Positions 48,572 to 57,598 are shown, counted from the first letter of the stretch. The stretch is DNA of 64,000 nucleotides from Granulicella sp. (GCA_965218675.1 CBDCLP010000005.1:104798-168797), one strand, 5' to 3'. Numbers and translations are program-made. Notes: a model not told the origin generated them from the sequence alone.

Positions 48572-49891
48572 TCAGCTGCTCAGTTCGAGTCGCATAGGAC
48601 CTTCTAGAGCCTCGATGTCTTTGAGGCTCTGGCCCGCGACACCTTGCAAATCGCCGTACATTCCCGAGGTGGCTTCCAGGACAGCCAGAAGTTCGCTGTC
48701 CCGTTTTGCCCACTGCTTGTTCATCCACTTGCGCTCCTTGTCAAGGTCGCTGCGCAGTTCCGTAAACTTCTCGGCTATGCACTCAATCCGATGTTTGAAC
48801 CTCGGTCCGGTCAGATAGGCGTAAATCTGCTGCGCCTTGGTCTCCTGTCCTTCATTCGAACGTCGTGCACCGGCAAGCTCAATGACGCTCACGCGCAGGG
48901 CATTGGCGACGGGCAGGATGCAGCCGAGACTCGATACCCAGATGCCGTCCATGTGATCGAAATGCGTGACATTCTTTGGCATCGTTTGCGACACGATCAC
49001 CGCGAGATCGGCATGCGCTGCCCGTTGGTCACTCTTGAGCTTGGTCAGCCAGGAATCCGACCAGGCTTTGGTCCGCTTCGATTCCCAGAGAATCCTGCCG
49101 CAGAGCTGACCGGATGGATCCCGGACATGCTGGAGCACGTCGCCGCCGAACTCGCCTTTGGCGACCGGCTCAATCAGGTCGAAAGGGAACTGGACGCGCA
49201 ACTGATGTTCGAGCGCAATTTCCAGTGACTCGCCCTGTGCCTGTTGAGAGCTCTGCTCCGCTTTGCGCTTGAGGCTGTCGATCTGGGTGAGGAGTTGGGC
49301 AATTTTGTTGTCGCGGTCCTGCACCTTCAGGTCAAGGTCTGATTGCACTTCGGCCAGCGCCTTCGCACGTTCCTCAGCCCGCGCCGCCGCAATTCCTTTT
49401 TGCAGATCCAGTTCAAGCTCCCGCTCTTTGTCTTCGAGCCGCTGTCGCTCTTTGAGAAGGCTTGTCTCGGCTGCCCGTGCCAGCGTGAGCTTACGGTCCA
49501 AATCCTGGATGCGGTCCCTTTGGACAGCGGCCGCTTCTCGCTCCGCCTTCAGCTCGTCTTCCACCACCTGGCGTGCTCGGGCGGACTCCTGTTCGACGAT
49601 TTTCCTTCGCTCCCCGGCGATTTGCTTCGCAACCCCGTCCTGGACGGCTTGCGCGACCGCCTGCTCCTGTTTCCTTGTCGCCGCCTCTAGCTCCGCCGCG
49701 CGCCGCTCGTTTGCTTCCTGCTGCTCTGTAACTAGCTGCTTCTCTGCCTGAAAGGTCTTTGCCTGGTCAGCGAGCTGTTGTTCGTACTGCGCGCGCGTTG
49801 CTGCTACGAGTGGTGCGGCCAGTGATTCGGTGAGCTTAATGGACTCGCCACACTTGGGGCAGATCAGGGCTGGGTCGGTCTTCGTTTGCAT
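48572..49891 (-). CDS. DUF2130 domain-containing protein (zinc-ribbon, coiled coil, C-terminal nuclease-like domain)
   Basis: 'ICPKCGESIKLTE', a long Glu/Lys/Ala/Gln coiled coil, then 'GESLEIALEHQLRVQFPFDLIEPVAKGEFGGDVLQHV...GRILWESKRTKAWSDSWLTKLKSDQRAAHADLAVIVSQTMP'. Apparently full length (439 aa). Confidence 0.8.
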   Translation of the reverse strand: MQTKTDPALICPKCGESIKLTESLAAPLVAATRAQYEQQLADQAKTFQAEKQLVTEQQEANERRAAELEAATRKQEQAVAQAVQDGVAKQIAGERRKIVEQESARARQVVEDELKAEREAAAVQRDRIQDLDRKLTLARAAETSLLKERQRLEDKERELELDLQKGIAAARAEERAKALAEVQSDLDLKVQDRDNKIAQLLTQIDSLKRKAEQSSQQAQGESLEIALEHQLRVQFPFDLIEPVAKGEFGGDVLQHVRDPSGQLCGRILWESKRTKAWSDSWLTKLKSDQRAAHADLAVIVSQTMPKNVTHFDHMDGIWVSSLGCILPVANALRVSVIELAGARRSNEGQETKAQQIYAYLTGPRFKHRIECIAEKFTELRSDLDKERKWMNKQWAKRDSELLAVLEATSGMYGDLQGVAGQSLKDIEALEGPMRLELSS

Positions 49892-50025
49892 GTGCGCTAA
49901 TGCCTCTGCGCTAGTCTAAGCTTTGCTCGTCTCCGCACTTGAAAAGTTTCCCGGGCCGAAGAGTCCAGGTTCTCTATGCACTGGACCAAGATAGGCATGA
50001 GCTGGTCTCTCACGTAATTGGAAGA

Positions 50026-51932
50026 TCAGACGATTGGGAGATCAGACGAAAACGACAACTGAAAGCCATTTTCTTCCGGCAATTGCTCCACCTTTCGTGC
50101 CCACGTTCGCTTTTCCGCATACAGCGGCGACTTTTCCATGGCTCCGATTGGCTCTATACCCATTGCATACAGGGTTTGCAAAAGCTCCTGAACAACGGCA
50201 TCTTTGTTAAGCGTCCAGGTTGAAGCGAAACAGCGCCAGAATGTCCATCCCGCTCGCTCCAGAACTCGTTGCCGCGCCACGTCATGCTGCCATCGATCAG
50301 GGCCATGGAACTCGTCTCCGTCACACTCAATAGCGAGCCGCAAATCCCCGGCTCCCTCAACCACCATGTCGATCCGATATGCACCGGCCTTCACCTGCGG
50401 CAGGACGCGGTAGCCCCTATCCTTCAACACGGAATACACCTGCCTTTCAAATCCGGACTCGCAAAGACTGAGCAGCTCGGCTCCATCACCTCGACTAGCG
50501 ACCAGCGGCTTATCGAAGTAGCTAAGCAGCGTGGTGCGAAGATCAGCCGGGGAAAGCTCAGAAGCGGTGACCGAACGGACCAGGTACATACGGTCTCGCG
50601 CCCGACTCGCGGCTACATTGAAGCGCTGCTCGGAGGTTTTGCCGGAAATGGCTTTGCAGTTTGTGGGGTCCACCACAAGCGACAAGAAGATGATGTCTCG
50701 CTCACTTCCCTGGAAGGTTCGAGGATCTCCACACAGGAAACGGCGGCGCTGGAGCTCAAGCGCGTCACAACGCTCGTTGACGATCTCATCGATGAGCTTT
50801 GCTTGTTCACTCCCAAGAAGCGTTACGACGCCGATGGTCCGGTTTGCATAACTTGGATTGCTTAGGATCGATTCGATCTCGTCGGCAATGGCGTTTGCCT
50901 CGCAATCGTTTCTGTCGCGATGATCTCTTCGGCCACCTTCTACGAACAGGTCCACCAGAGGCGGATCGATCCGTTCCGAAGCCTTTGCAATTCGTAACGG
51001 AGAGATTTGGCCGCCATAAAAGGTCTGGTTGGAGTAGGTAATGATTGGGCTCACACAGCGAAAGTGCTCTCGGAGCATGACTTGGTCCGCCGCGAACACC
51101 CGGGCGGCTAGATCGTAAAGAGACATCTCGGGGGTCATCGCCGCTTTGTAGAACTGGCCGTCCAAAAATCTGTGAATCAGGTTCTGGATGCCTGAGCTCG
51201 CGATAAAAGCACCGTCTGGCGACACCTGCTTGTCGTCGCCGACAACCAGGATCTTTTTTCCTCTGAGGACAGCTGGAAGGGACCAGAGGTCGGACTGGCT
51301 TGCCTCGTCAACGATTACTGAATCGAAAACGCCAACATCAGCCGGCATCGATTCTGAAACACGATTGTGGTTCATGATCCAGCAGGGAACGGCACCTGCG
51401 GCGGTAAACATGCACTCTCGCGCATCCCGACGGTACCGGGTTGCGTTAGGTCCTGTACCTTGTCCGATTCGGGTCAAAGCGGTCGCATAGCCGGCTAAGG
51501 CCTGCAGGATGTTAGGTGTGGCGTTCTCCTTTGTCCTCAGCCAGGCAGAGTTCGCAATGATTTCCCTGTAGAAGCGCGCCAAACCCTGCTCCGCTGTCTG
51601 CCGCCGACGGCCCAGTGTCACCAATTCATGGCGTGCCTCGATTCCGTCTAGGTGAGACCGCATGCGGGCCCAGTTCCACGCCTCTCGCCAGCCAACCGGA
51701 ACAACGGCATCTTCGCCAGACTGCATGACCGGTACATCGCAAAGACGGGCTGAGAAATTAGGGGCTCCCGCAATCCTTGAACGCTCCGCAGAGACGCGCA
51801 CGATTGCCAAATCATTCTCTAGACCCGCAACCCGACGGAGTTCTTTCAGAATATCCGCATACTGCTGAACAATCGCCGTACGGGAGAGCTTGTCATCACC
51901 TGGCCTGCCTGTTAACCTTGCTCAGAAAGGAC
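50026..51932 (-). pseudogene. 5'-truncated SF1 (Upf1/DNA2-like) helicase with C-terminal DUF559/REase-like domain; no Walker A
   Basis: Motif II 'VIVDEASQS', 'VVGDDKQVSP', 'EHFRCVSPIITYSNQTFYGG', 'TFQGSERDIIFLS', 'FNVAASRARDRMYLV'. The tail 'RIDMVVEGAGDLRLAIECDGDEFHGPDRWQHDVARQRVLERAGWTFWR' is the DUF559/REase_MTES_1575 pattern. There is no GxxGxGK[ST] anywhere. The frame is open back to a TGA at about 51933 with only a TTG start (51810). Confidence 0.7.
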
Positions 51933-52035
51933 CCACTCTAGCCGTTTGCTTCCTAAGCCCTTTGGTTAAACTCCTTGTAAGCGAGCCCAGCCCGCCTCTA
52001 TCCCGAGCGATTGCAGGGACGGCGCTGGCCTCACC

Positions 52036-52287
52036 TCACTGCAACCTAGAAATATTCAGCCGTCCCCAGCGATCATCCACGTGCACCGCAGCTCCCTCAT
52101 GCAGCCGCATGCGGGTGGCCAGCCACTCCGGCAGCACCACCACCAGGTTGCCTTCCTCTTCATAAGAGGTCTTCCGGGTCACCAGCTTCAGCCGCTCGCC
52201 GCCTTCTCCGAGCGGAACGCGCAGCACCAACCGGTTGCCGCGCCGTTCCACCGGTCCTTCCAACGCCAGATAGTCGTTCGTTTGCAT
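52036..52287 (-). CDS. Hypothetical small protein, possibly AbrB/SpoVT-like swapped-hairpin fold
   Basis: 'MQTNDYLALEGPVERRGNRLVLRVPLGEGG...NLVVVLPEWLATRMRLHEGAAVHVDDRWGRLNISRL'. The '...V.LP.W....M.L..G..V.V' pattern resembles AbrB/MazE domains. Start at the internal ATG 52287. Confidence 0.4.
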   Translation of the reverse strand: MQTNDYLALEGPVERRGNRLVLRVPLGEGGERLKLVTRKTSYEEEGNLVVVLPEWLATRMRLHEGAAVHVDDRWGRLNISRLQ

Positions 52288-52345
52288 GCACGACGTTGTA
52301 GTGAGCCGTCGTAACGACTGGCTATCCCACAAGGGTGCTACAACC

Positions 52346-53674
52346 TCAGCGGCAGTCCGCAAGTGACTCACGTGCCGCCCGAAGTACCGTATCCACCTCA
52401 GCCTGGGTATGTGCCGTCGATACAAAGGCGGCCTCAAACTGGCTCGGCGGCAGCCACACGCCGCGCTCCAGCATCCCGCGATGGAACTTGCCGAAGCGCT
52501 CCGTATCGGCCTGCGCCGCCGCCGCGAAGTCCCCTACCGGCTGGCTCGTGAAGAACCAGGTGAACATACTGCCGACCCGGTTGGTCGTCAGAGGCACGCC
52601 CAGCTCCGCGGCGATCGCCGCCACACCCTCCGCGATGGCCTCGGTGGTTTCGTCCAGCGCCGGGTAGACCTCGTCGGCGTGCTCCAGCAGGTAGCCCACG
52701 GTGGCGATGCCGGCGGCCATGGCCAGCGGGTTGCCGCTCAGTGTCCCGGCCTGGTATACCGGCCCCAACGGCGCCAGCTGGTCCATGATCTCCGCGCGAC
52801 CACCGAAGGCGCCCACGGGCAGGCCGCCGCCCAGGATCTTGCCCAGCGTGGTCAGGTCCGGCCAGGCCGGCGAGGAGCCGTCGCCGCCCAGCTCGTCCAG
52901 GTACAGCCCCTGCGCACCGCCCGGCGAGAGCCGGAAGCCGGTCATTACCTCGTCAAAGATCAGCAGCGCGCCGTGCTTCCACGTCAGCTCGCGCAGCCCG
53001 CGCAGAAAGTCCGGCGCCGGCAGCACCGTGCCGGCGTTGCCCACCACCGGTTCCAGAATGATGCAGGCAATCTGGTCGGGGTGCCGGGCAAAGGCCGTCT
53101 CCACCGCGGCGAGGTCGTTATAGGGCAGCGCCAGGGTATGCATCGCGGTCTCCGCCGGCACGCCCGCCGAGCCCGGGATGCCAAAGGTCGCCACGCCGGA
53201 GCCGGCCTTGACCAGCAGCGCATCCGCATGGCCGTGGTAAGAGCCCTCAAACTTGATCACGAACGGCCGCCCCGTGTAGCCGCGCGCCAGCCGGATGGCG
53301 GACATGCAGGCCTCCGTGCCCGAGCTCACAAAGCGCAGCTTCTCGATGGAGGGAAAGCAGTACTGCACCAGCTCGGCGAGGTCGGCCTCCGCCGCGGTGC
53401 TCGCGCCAAAGGAAGCGCTGCGGCCCGCGGCCTCGCGGATCGCCTCCACCGCCGGAGGAAACGCGTGCCCCAGCAGCATCGGCCCCCAGGAGCCAAACAG
53501 GTCCACATAGCGGTTGTCGTCGGCATCGGTGAGGTACGCCCCCGCGGCGCTGGCCACAAATGGCGGATGCCCACCCACGGCACGAAAGGCCCGCACCGGC
53601 GAATCAACGCCGCCGGGAAGAAAGTGCTCCGCACGGCGCTGGAGCTCAGCAGACTTGGTTAGGGAAAGAGGCAT
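52346..53674 (-). CDS. hemL: Glutamate-1-semialdehyde 2,1-aminomutase
   Basis: '[17 protein letters not shown]', '[22 protein letters not shown]', '[11 protein letters not shown]', '[17 protein letters not shown]'. Confidence 0.95.
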   Translation of the reverse strand: MPLSLTKSAELQRRAEHFLPGGVDSPVRAFRAVGGHPPFVASAAGAYLTDADDNRYVDLFGSWGPMLLGHAFPPAVEAIREAAGRSASFGASTAAEADLAELVQYCFPSIEKLRFVSSGTEACMSAIRLARGYTGRPFVIKFEGSYHGHADALLVKAGSGVATFGIPGSAGVPAETAMHTLALPYNDLAAVETAFARHPDQIACIILEPVVGNAGTVLPAPDFLRGLRELTWKHGALLIFDEVMTGFRLSPGGAQGLYLDELGGDGSSPAWPDLTTLGKILGGGLPVGAFGGRAEIMDQLAPLGPVYQAGTLSGNPLAMAAGIATVGYLLEHADEVYPALDETTEAIAEGVAAIAAELGVPLTTNRVGSMFTWFFTSQPVGDFAAAAQADTERFGKFHRGMLERGVWLPPSQFEAAFVSTAHTQAEVDTVLRAARESLADCR

Positions 53675-53753
53675 ACATCCTTGAGTATAGAAAGCTCTTC
53701 ATGGCCGAAGGCCAACGCAGAGGCCGCAAAGAACGCAAAGTTGCGCAACGGAA

Positions 53754-53841
53754 GCCGTGGCGTACCTTGTACACTTGGCGTTGGCATCTACACATCGGCA
53801 GCCGTGGCGTACCTTGGCGTCCTTCGCGCCCTTGGCGTTGG
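53754..53841. repeat. Intergenic direct repeats ('KDAK-type' REP family)
   Basis: 'GCCGTGGCGTACCTTG' at 53754-53769 and 53791-53806. 'CTTGGCGTTGG' at 53774-53784 and 53831-53841. 'CCTTCGCGCCC' is related to 5945-6003. Confidence 0.7.
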
Positions 53842-53844
53842 TCT

Positions 53845-54888
53845 TTACATCCCCGGCACAGGCGTCAGGTAAAGCATGAACCCCAGCAACAGCACCAGCC
53901 CCAGAAACACAATCAGCGTCCGCGTGTGCGGCGTTTCGGGCGCGTCGTTGGTAAAGCACCGCCAGGCCATGCCCGCCGCCACAAACAGAAACACCCACTG
54001 CGTGCCGCCGCGGTGATTCGTGCTGTCGGCCACCGTGAGCGCGAAAAACAGCACACACAGTCCCGCAATCATGCCTCGCTGCAACCGGCTCAGCGCCGGC
54101 GTCGCCTGCGCACCGTCGAAGCCAAATACCGGGGTCAGGTTGAACAGGTTGTACCATGCGCCGATATTGGCCAGCATCAAAAAGGTGATGCTGTGCAGGG
54201 TCCAGGCCAGAGCCAGGCAGACCACCGCCGCCGCCAGCCCATACAGCGGCCCGGCCAGCGAGATCGCCGCGACCTCCTCCCGGCTGATGCCCATGGAATA
54301 CCAGCGCACATAGGCGCCCATGCCGGGAATAAACATGGGCAGCTCCGCCTTCAGGCCGCGCCGCTTCACCGCCACGAAGTGCCCGATCTCGTGAATCATG
54401 ATCGACAGCGTAAAGCCCAGCGCGAACTTCCATCCTCCCAGCAGCCAGTACAGGGCGAAAAAGCCGAACAGTCCCACGAAAAACTTCAGCTTGAAGAGCA
54501 CCAGCAGCGCCGACTTCAGCTTGAGCAGAAAGAAAAACAGTGGCGCAAACGGCCCCAGGCGCTTGGTCCACTTGGCCTTGAAGGCGGAGTCTTTCGCGAT
54601 GCGCTCATCGAGCTGCACAAGGTGCTGTTGCACGGCGTCGGCCTGCTGCGTCTCCGCGGGCAGCCACACCAGCGCGGCGCGCCAGCGATCCCGGGCCTCG
54701 GCCCACTTGCTTTCACCCTCCAACGACTGCGCGCCCTGCGCCAGCTCGGTCAGGTGCTGGCCATAGGTCAGGGTCTGGCAATCCGGGCAGGCCAGTGTGC
54801 CGTCCGGCAGCCAGTGGCTGCAGCTGGGGCAGCTGTGGATCGGCTCAGGGGCCGCGGGTTCAGGGGGCAGGACGGCGACGTCGGACAT
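53845..54888 (-). CDS. M50-family (site-2 protease-like) membrane metallopeptidase with N-terminal zinc-ribbon
   Basis: 'CPSCSHWLPDGTLACPDCQ', the HExxH motif 'MIHEIGHFVA', and downstream 'NLFNLTPVFGFDG' (NxxPxxxLDG-like). Polytopic. Confidence 0.8.
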   Translation of the reverse strand: MSDVAVLPPEPAAPEPIHSCPSCSHWLPDGTLACPDCQTLTYGQHLTELAQGAQSLEGESKWAEARDRWRAALVWLPAETQQADAVQQHLVQLDERIAKDSAFKAKWTKRLGPFAPLFFFLLKLKSALLVLFKLKFFVGLFGFFALYWLLGGWKFALGFTLSIMIHEIGHFVAVKRRGLKAELPMFIPGMGAYVRWYSMGISREEVAAISLAGPLYGLAAAVVCLALAWTLHSITFLMLANIGAWYNLFNLTPVFGFDGAQATPALSRLQRGMIAGLCVLFFALTVADSTNHRGGTQWVFLFVAAGMAWRCFTNDAPETPHTRTLIVFLGLVLLLGFMLYLTPVPGM

Positions 54889-54941
54889 AAGGGCCTCGTA
54901 TTAGAGTACGGCGGCCCCCGGGCGGGTTCAACGGGCGCTGG

Positions 54942-56042
54942 CTACTGGATTTGCACCAGCTCCACATCCCCATGCCGCGGGGCGTGCGGCGCATTCTTGA
55001 GGTGCTGCGGCGCCCGCCAGTGGTCGATAAAGCTGACCTGGTGCACACAGCTGATGGTGCAGTTCGGCGCGCAGCCCTTTTCGGTCATGAACTCGCGCTC
55101 CACCCGCTCCCTGGTGTATTCCGCCACGGGGATGCCTGGGTAGCCGCGCTGCTGCGAGCAGTAGCTCACCAGCCCGTTCTCATCCACATACAGGTAGCGC
55201 CCACCCGCGCGGCAACGCCAGTCATTCGGCTTGCCGTTCGCGATGGCCTCCTGGAAGCCGTTGAAGCGCGAATACGACCGCCGCGTCAGCGAGCGAACCT
55301 CTTCCCACACCCTGCGTTCGCGCTCGCCCAGGGATTTCAGCTGGCCGGAGCCGTCATGAATGATCCCGATGGTGGACGAAAATCCCAGTTCCAGCGCGCG
55401 CTTCGAGATCACCAGCGCATCCTCCGGGTTTTGAATGCCCCCGCCGACCACCGAGTTGATGTTCACATGGAAATCCGCGTGCTCGGCCAGCATGCGCAGC
55501 TTGGCGTCCAGCACCTTGAGCGACTTTTTCGAGACCTCGTCCGGCATGAGGTTATCGATGGAGATCTGCATGTGGTCCAGCCCGGCCCGGTTCAGCCGCT
55601 CGATGCGCTCGGGCATCAGCAGGTAGCCATTGGTAATCATGCCCGCGATGGCGCCGGTGTGGCGGATGCGCTCGATGACCCCGTCCAGCTCCGGATGCAG
55701 CAGCGGCTCGCCGCCGGAGATCGTGATCACCGCCGTGCCCAGCCGCCCCAGATGGTCCACCCGCCGCCGCATCTCCGCAAGCGGCGTGGGCTTGGACACA
55801 TCGTCAAACTCATTGCAATAGGTGCAGGCCAGATTGCAGCGGCGCATCGGCACAATGTGCGCCATGTACGGATGCGCCGTATCCACCAGCGCCGCGCCGA
55901 TCGACTTAAGCTCACGCAACCGGCGCTCGGCCGCCAGCAAACGGCGACGGGCCGTCATGCGGCGCCTGGCTGGCGCGATGCCGGGGGCTCGGGAGGGTAG
56001 GGCAGGAGCAGAGCCCGCCGGATGCAGCGTTTCCAAGGCCAT
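54942..56042 (-). CDS. Radical SAM protein with Cys-rich C-terminal (SPASM/twitch-like) region, function unknown
   Basis: CX3CX2C motif '[14 protein letters not shown]', '[10 protein letters not shown]' and 'MITNGYLL'. The C-terminal region has 'WRCRAGG...VSYCSQ...[12 protein letters not shown]'. Start set at ATG 56042, because the longer track ORF overlaps the divergent TA genes. Confidence 0.8.
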   Translation of the reverse strand: MALETLHPAGSAPALPSRAPGIAPARRRMTARRRLLAAERRLRELKSIGAALVDTAHPYMAHIVPMRRCNLACTYCNEFDDVSKPTPLAEMRRRVDHLGRLGTAVITISGGEPLLHPELDGVIERIRHTGAIAGMITNGYLLMPERIERLNRAGLDHMQISIDNLMPDEVSKKSLKVLDAKLRMLAEHADFHVNINSVVGGGIQNPEDALVISKRALELGFSSTIGIIHDGSGQLKSLGERERRVWEEVRSLTRRSYSRFNGFQEAIANGKPNDWRCRAGGRYLYVDENGLVSYCSQQRGYPGIPVAEYTRERVEREFMTEKGCAPNCTISCVHQVSFIDHWRAPQHLKNAPHAPRHGDVELVQIQ

Positions 56043-56090
56043 TTCACCCAGTATTTTAGCCTGTAATGTATTGCGGAGTATGCTGCGTCT

Positions 56091-56357
56091 ATGACGCGCA
56101 CCATCTCGCAAGAGGAGTTTGCCAATTCCGCACCTGATCTGCTCCAGGCTGTTGGGGACCAAACCATTCTGATCGAGCGCGACGGAAAGACAGTGGCCGC
56201 GCTTGTCTCGGCAGAAGTATACGAGGAAGCTAGGGAAGCTCGCGCAGAAAGGGCAATCCGAGCCATGCATCGATTGGGGGATTACCTCCACTCCGTAGCG
56301 ACGCCCGAAGAGCTTCAGGAACTGGAGAAGGCACTTGATCGAAAAGCGCCTGAGTAG
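56091..56357 (+). CDS. Phd/YefM-type type II antitoxin
   Basis: '[42 protein letters not shown]'. 88 aa, and overlaps the downstream PIN gene. Confidence 0.75.
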   Translation: MTRTISQEEFANSAPDLLQAVGDQTILIERDGKTVAALVSAEVYEEAREARAERAIRAMHRLGDYLHSVATPEELQELEKALDRKAPE

Positions 56358-56751
56358 GGCCATTCTGGATACAAACACCCTGATCAGTGCTTCGATCTAT
56401 CCGCAATCTGTTGCAGGTCTGGCAGTGGAAAAGGCTCTCCGCCAAGCAGACGTCCTGCGCTCTGAGGCGACTTGGCGCGAACTGGAAGTGGTGATCAGCC
56501 GGGAAAAGTTCGACCGGTACAAGCCCGGCGCTCTCAGGCGCGAATATGTTGGAGCCATCTTCAACGTGACTAAGCAAGTGGACGTGACCAGCCTGGTCCG
56601 GCTCTGCCGTGACCCGAAAGATGACAAGTTCCTTGAGCTCGCAATCGACGGACAGGCCGACTTCCTCATCACCGGCGACCTCGATCTCCTCGCCCTCCAT
56701 CCCTTCCACCAGACAACTATCCTGACCCCGGCAGACTTCCTCGCGCGCTAA
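56335..56751 (+). CDS. PIN-domain toxin (TIGR00305-like)
   Basis: '[12 protein letters not shown]', '[29 protein letters not shown]'. The TTG start overlaps the antitoxin 3' end by 23 nt. Confidence 0.75.
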   Translation: MIEKRLSRAILDTNTLISASIYPQSVAGLAVEKALRQADVLRSEATWRELEVVISREKFDRYKPGALRREYVGAIFNVTKQVDVTSLVRLCRDPKDDKFLELAIDGQADFLITGDLDLLALHPFHQTTILTPADFLAR

Positions 56752-56905
56752 AGCAGACCTCCTCTGCTATGGAGAGATCTGCAGTTCTGGCGAGCCAAGA
56801 CGCAGATTCCCGGCGGGGCATGACAGAAGCAAAGGCAACGGCGCTATACAGCACCACGAGAACAGCAAAGAGCCGCATACACTGAAAACAGGAGCCCCAC
56901 CCCAA

Positions 56906-57127
56906 ATGCCTCGCGAAATCACCTGGACCGACGTCTTAGAGATCGGCATTCAACTGCAGGAGCGCTTCCCCGACCTCGATCCCTACACCGTGCGCTTCAC
57001 CGATCTGCACAAGTGGGTGACCGAGTTGCCTGGCTTCGCCGGCGACCCCACGAAATCCACCGAGCCCGTGCTCGAAGCCATCCAGACCGCTTGGCACGAG
57101 GAGTACGAGGACGCCAAAAACGGCTAA
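56906..57127 (+). CDS. iscX: Fe-S assembly protein IscX (YfhJ)
   Basis: 'ITWTDVLEIGIQLQERFPDLDPYTVRFTDLHKWVTELPGFAGDP...LEAIQTAWHEEYE' parallels E. coli IscX ('[31 protein letters not shown]'). Confidence 0.85.
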   Translation: MPREITWTDVLEIGIQLQERFPDLDPYTVRFTDLHKWVTELPGFAGDPTKSTEPVLEAIQTAWHEEYEDAKNG

Positions 57128-57172
57128 CCCCGGTGGAATCTCCATCATCAAAACGGACGAAGGAGCCTACTT

Positions 57173-57412
57173 GTGAGAGTTTCCCGTTTCGCCGCCACCC
57201 TCAGTCTCGGTCTTCTGCTGTCAGGTCCGGTCTTCGCGCAGCAGACCAACGAGCAGACCCGCAAAGAAGCCAAAGCACAGGCCAGGCAGCAGGAAAAAGC
57301 CGATAAGGCTCAGGCCAAGGCCGACAAAGCCGAGAAGAAGGCGCTGGATTCAGGCAAGGTGAAGAAGGCAGCCCGCGCACAGGACAAGGCCAACGCCGCC
57401 AGGCCGGAGTAA
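57173..57412 (+). CDS. Small secreted Lys/Ala/Gln-rich protein
   Basis: GTG 57173 lies after 'GAAGGAG'. Signal peptide 'MRVSRFAATLSLGLLLSGPVFAQ', then a 55-aa highly charged low-complexity tail. Confidence 0.5.
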   Translation: MRVSRFAATLSLGLLLSGPVFAQQTNEQTRKEAKAQARQQEKADKAQAKADKAEKKALDSGKVKKAARAQDKANAARPE

Positions 57413-57433
57413 GCCGCTTCCCTGTGCAGCTTG

Positions 57434-57598
57434 CCCCTTTGGTTGTCATTCCCGGAGGGAACCTGCGTTTTTAAGCTGACGCCCAACCAACGCATAGCTG
57501 CTGTACGCAGCGCCATGGGCGCGTCCTACAACAGCCCAGGCCGAAGGCCTGGGTTTATGGCCAGTGCACCCGCAAGGGCTGAAGGCCCGCCCTATAGG
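57434..57598. repeat. Composite REP-like element (module B + inverted module A)
   Basis: 57434-57470 'CCCCTTTGGTTGTCATTCCCGGAGGGAACCTGCGTTT' is module B. 57535-57598 'CCCAGGCCGAAGGCCTGGGTTTATGGCCAGTGCACCCGCAAGGGCTGAAGGCCCGCCCTATAGG' is about the reverse complement of 13772-13835. Confidence 0.8.

Larger units (their letters stand above)
47733..52345. mobile_element. Lower-GC accessory island made largely of gene relics (decayed integrated element; boundaries approximate)
   Basis: Inserted between the conserved pyrR and hemL genes and visibly more AT-rich than the flanks. Contains a chimeric ORF, a start-less XRE remnant, a 5'-truncated helicase and one intact DUF2130 gene. No integrase, tRNA or flanking direct repeats were found. 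Confidence 0.45.

Noticed and set aside
53560-55143. 527-aa plus-strand ORF and 53699..54571 minus-strand ORF
   Set aside because: The first is antisense to the M50 protease (and partly to hemL and the radical SAM gene); the second is an alternative reading frame on the same strand as the M50 gene. Both are His/Arg/Gln-rich or read through the KDAK-type repeats, whereas the M50 HExxH frame is clearly the coding one.
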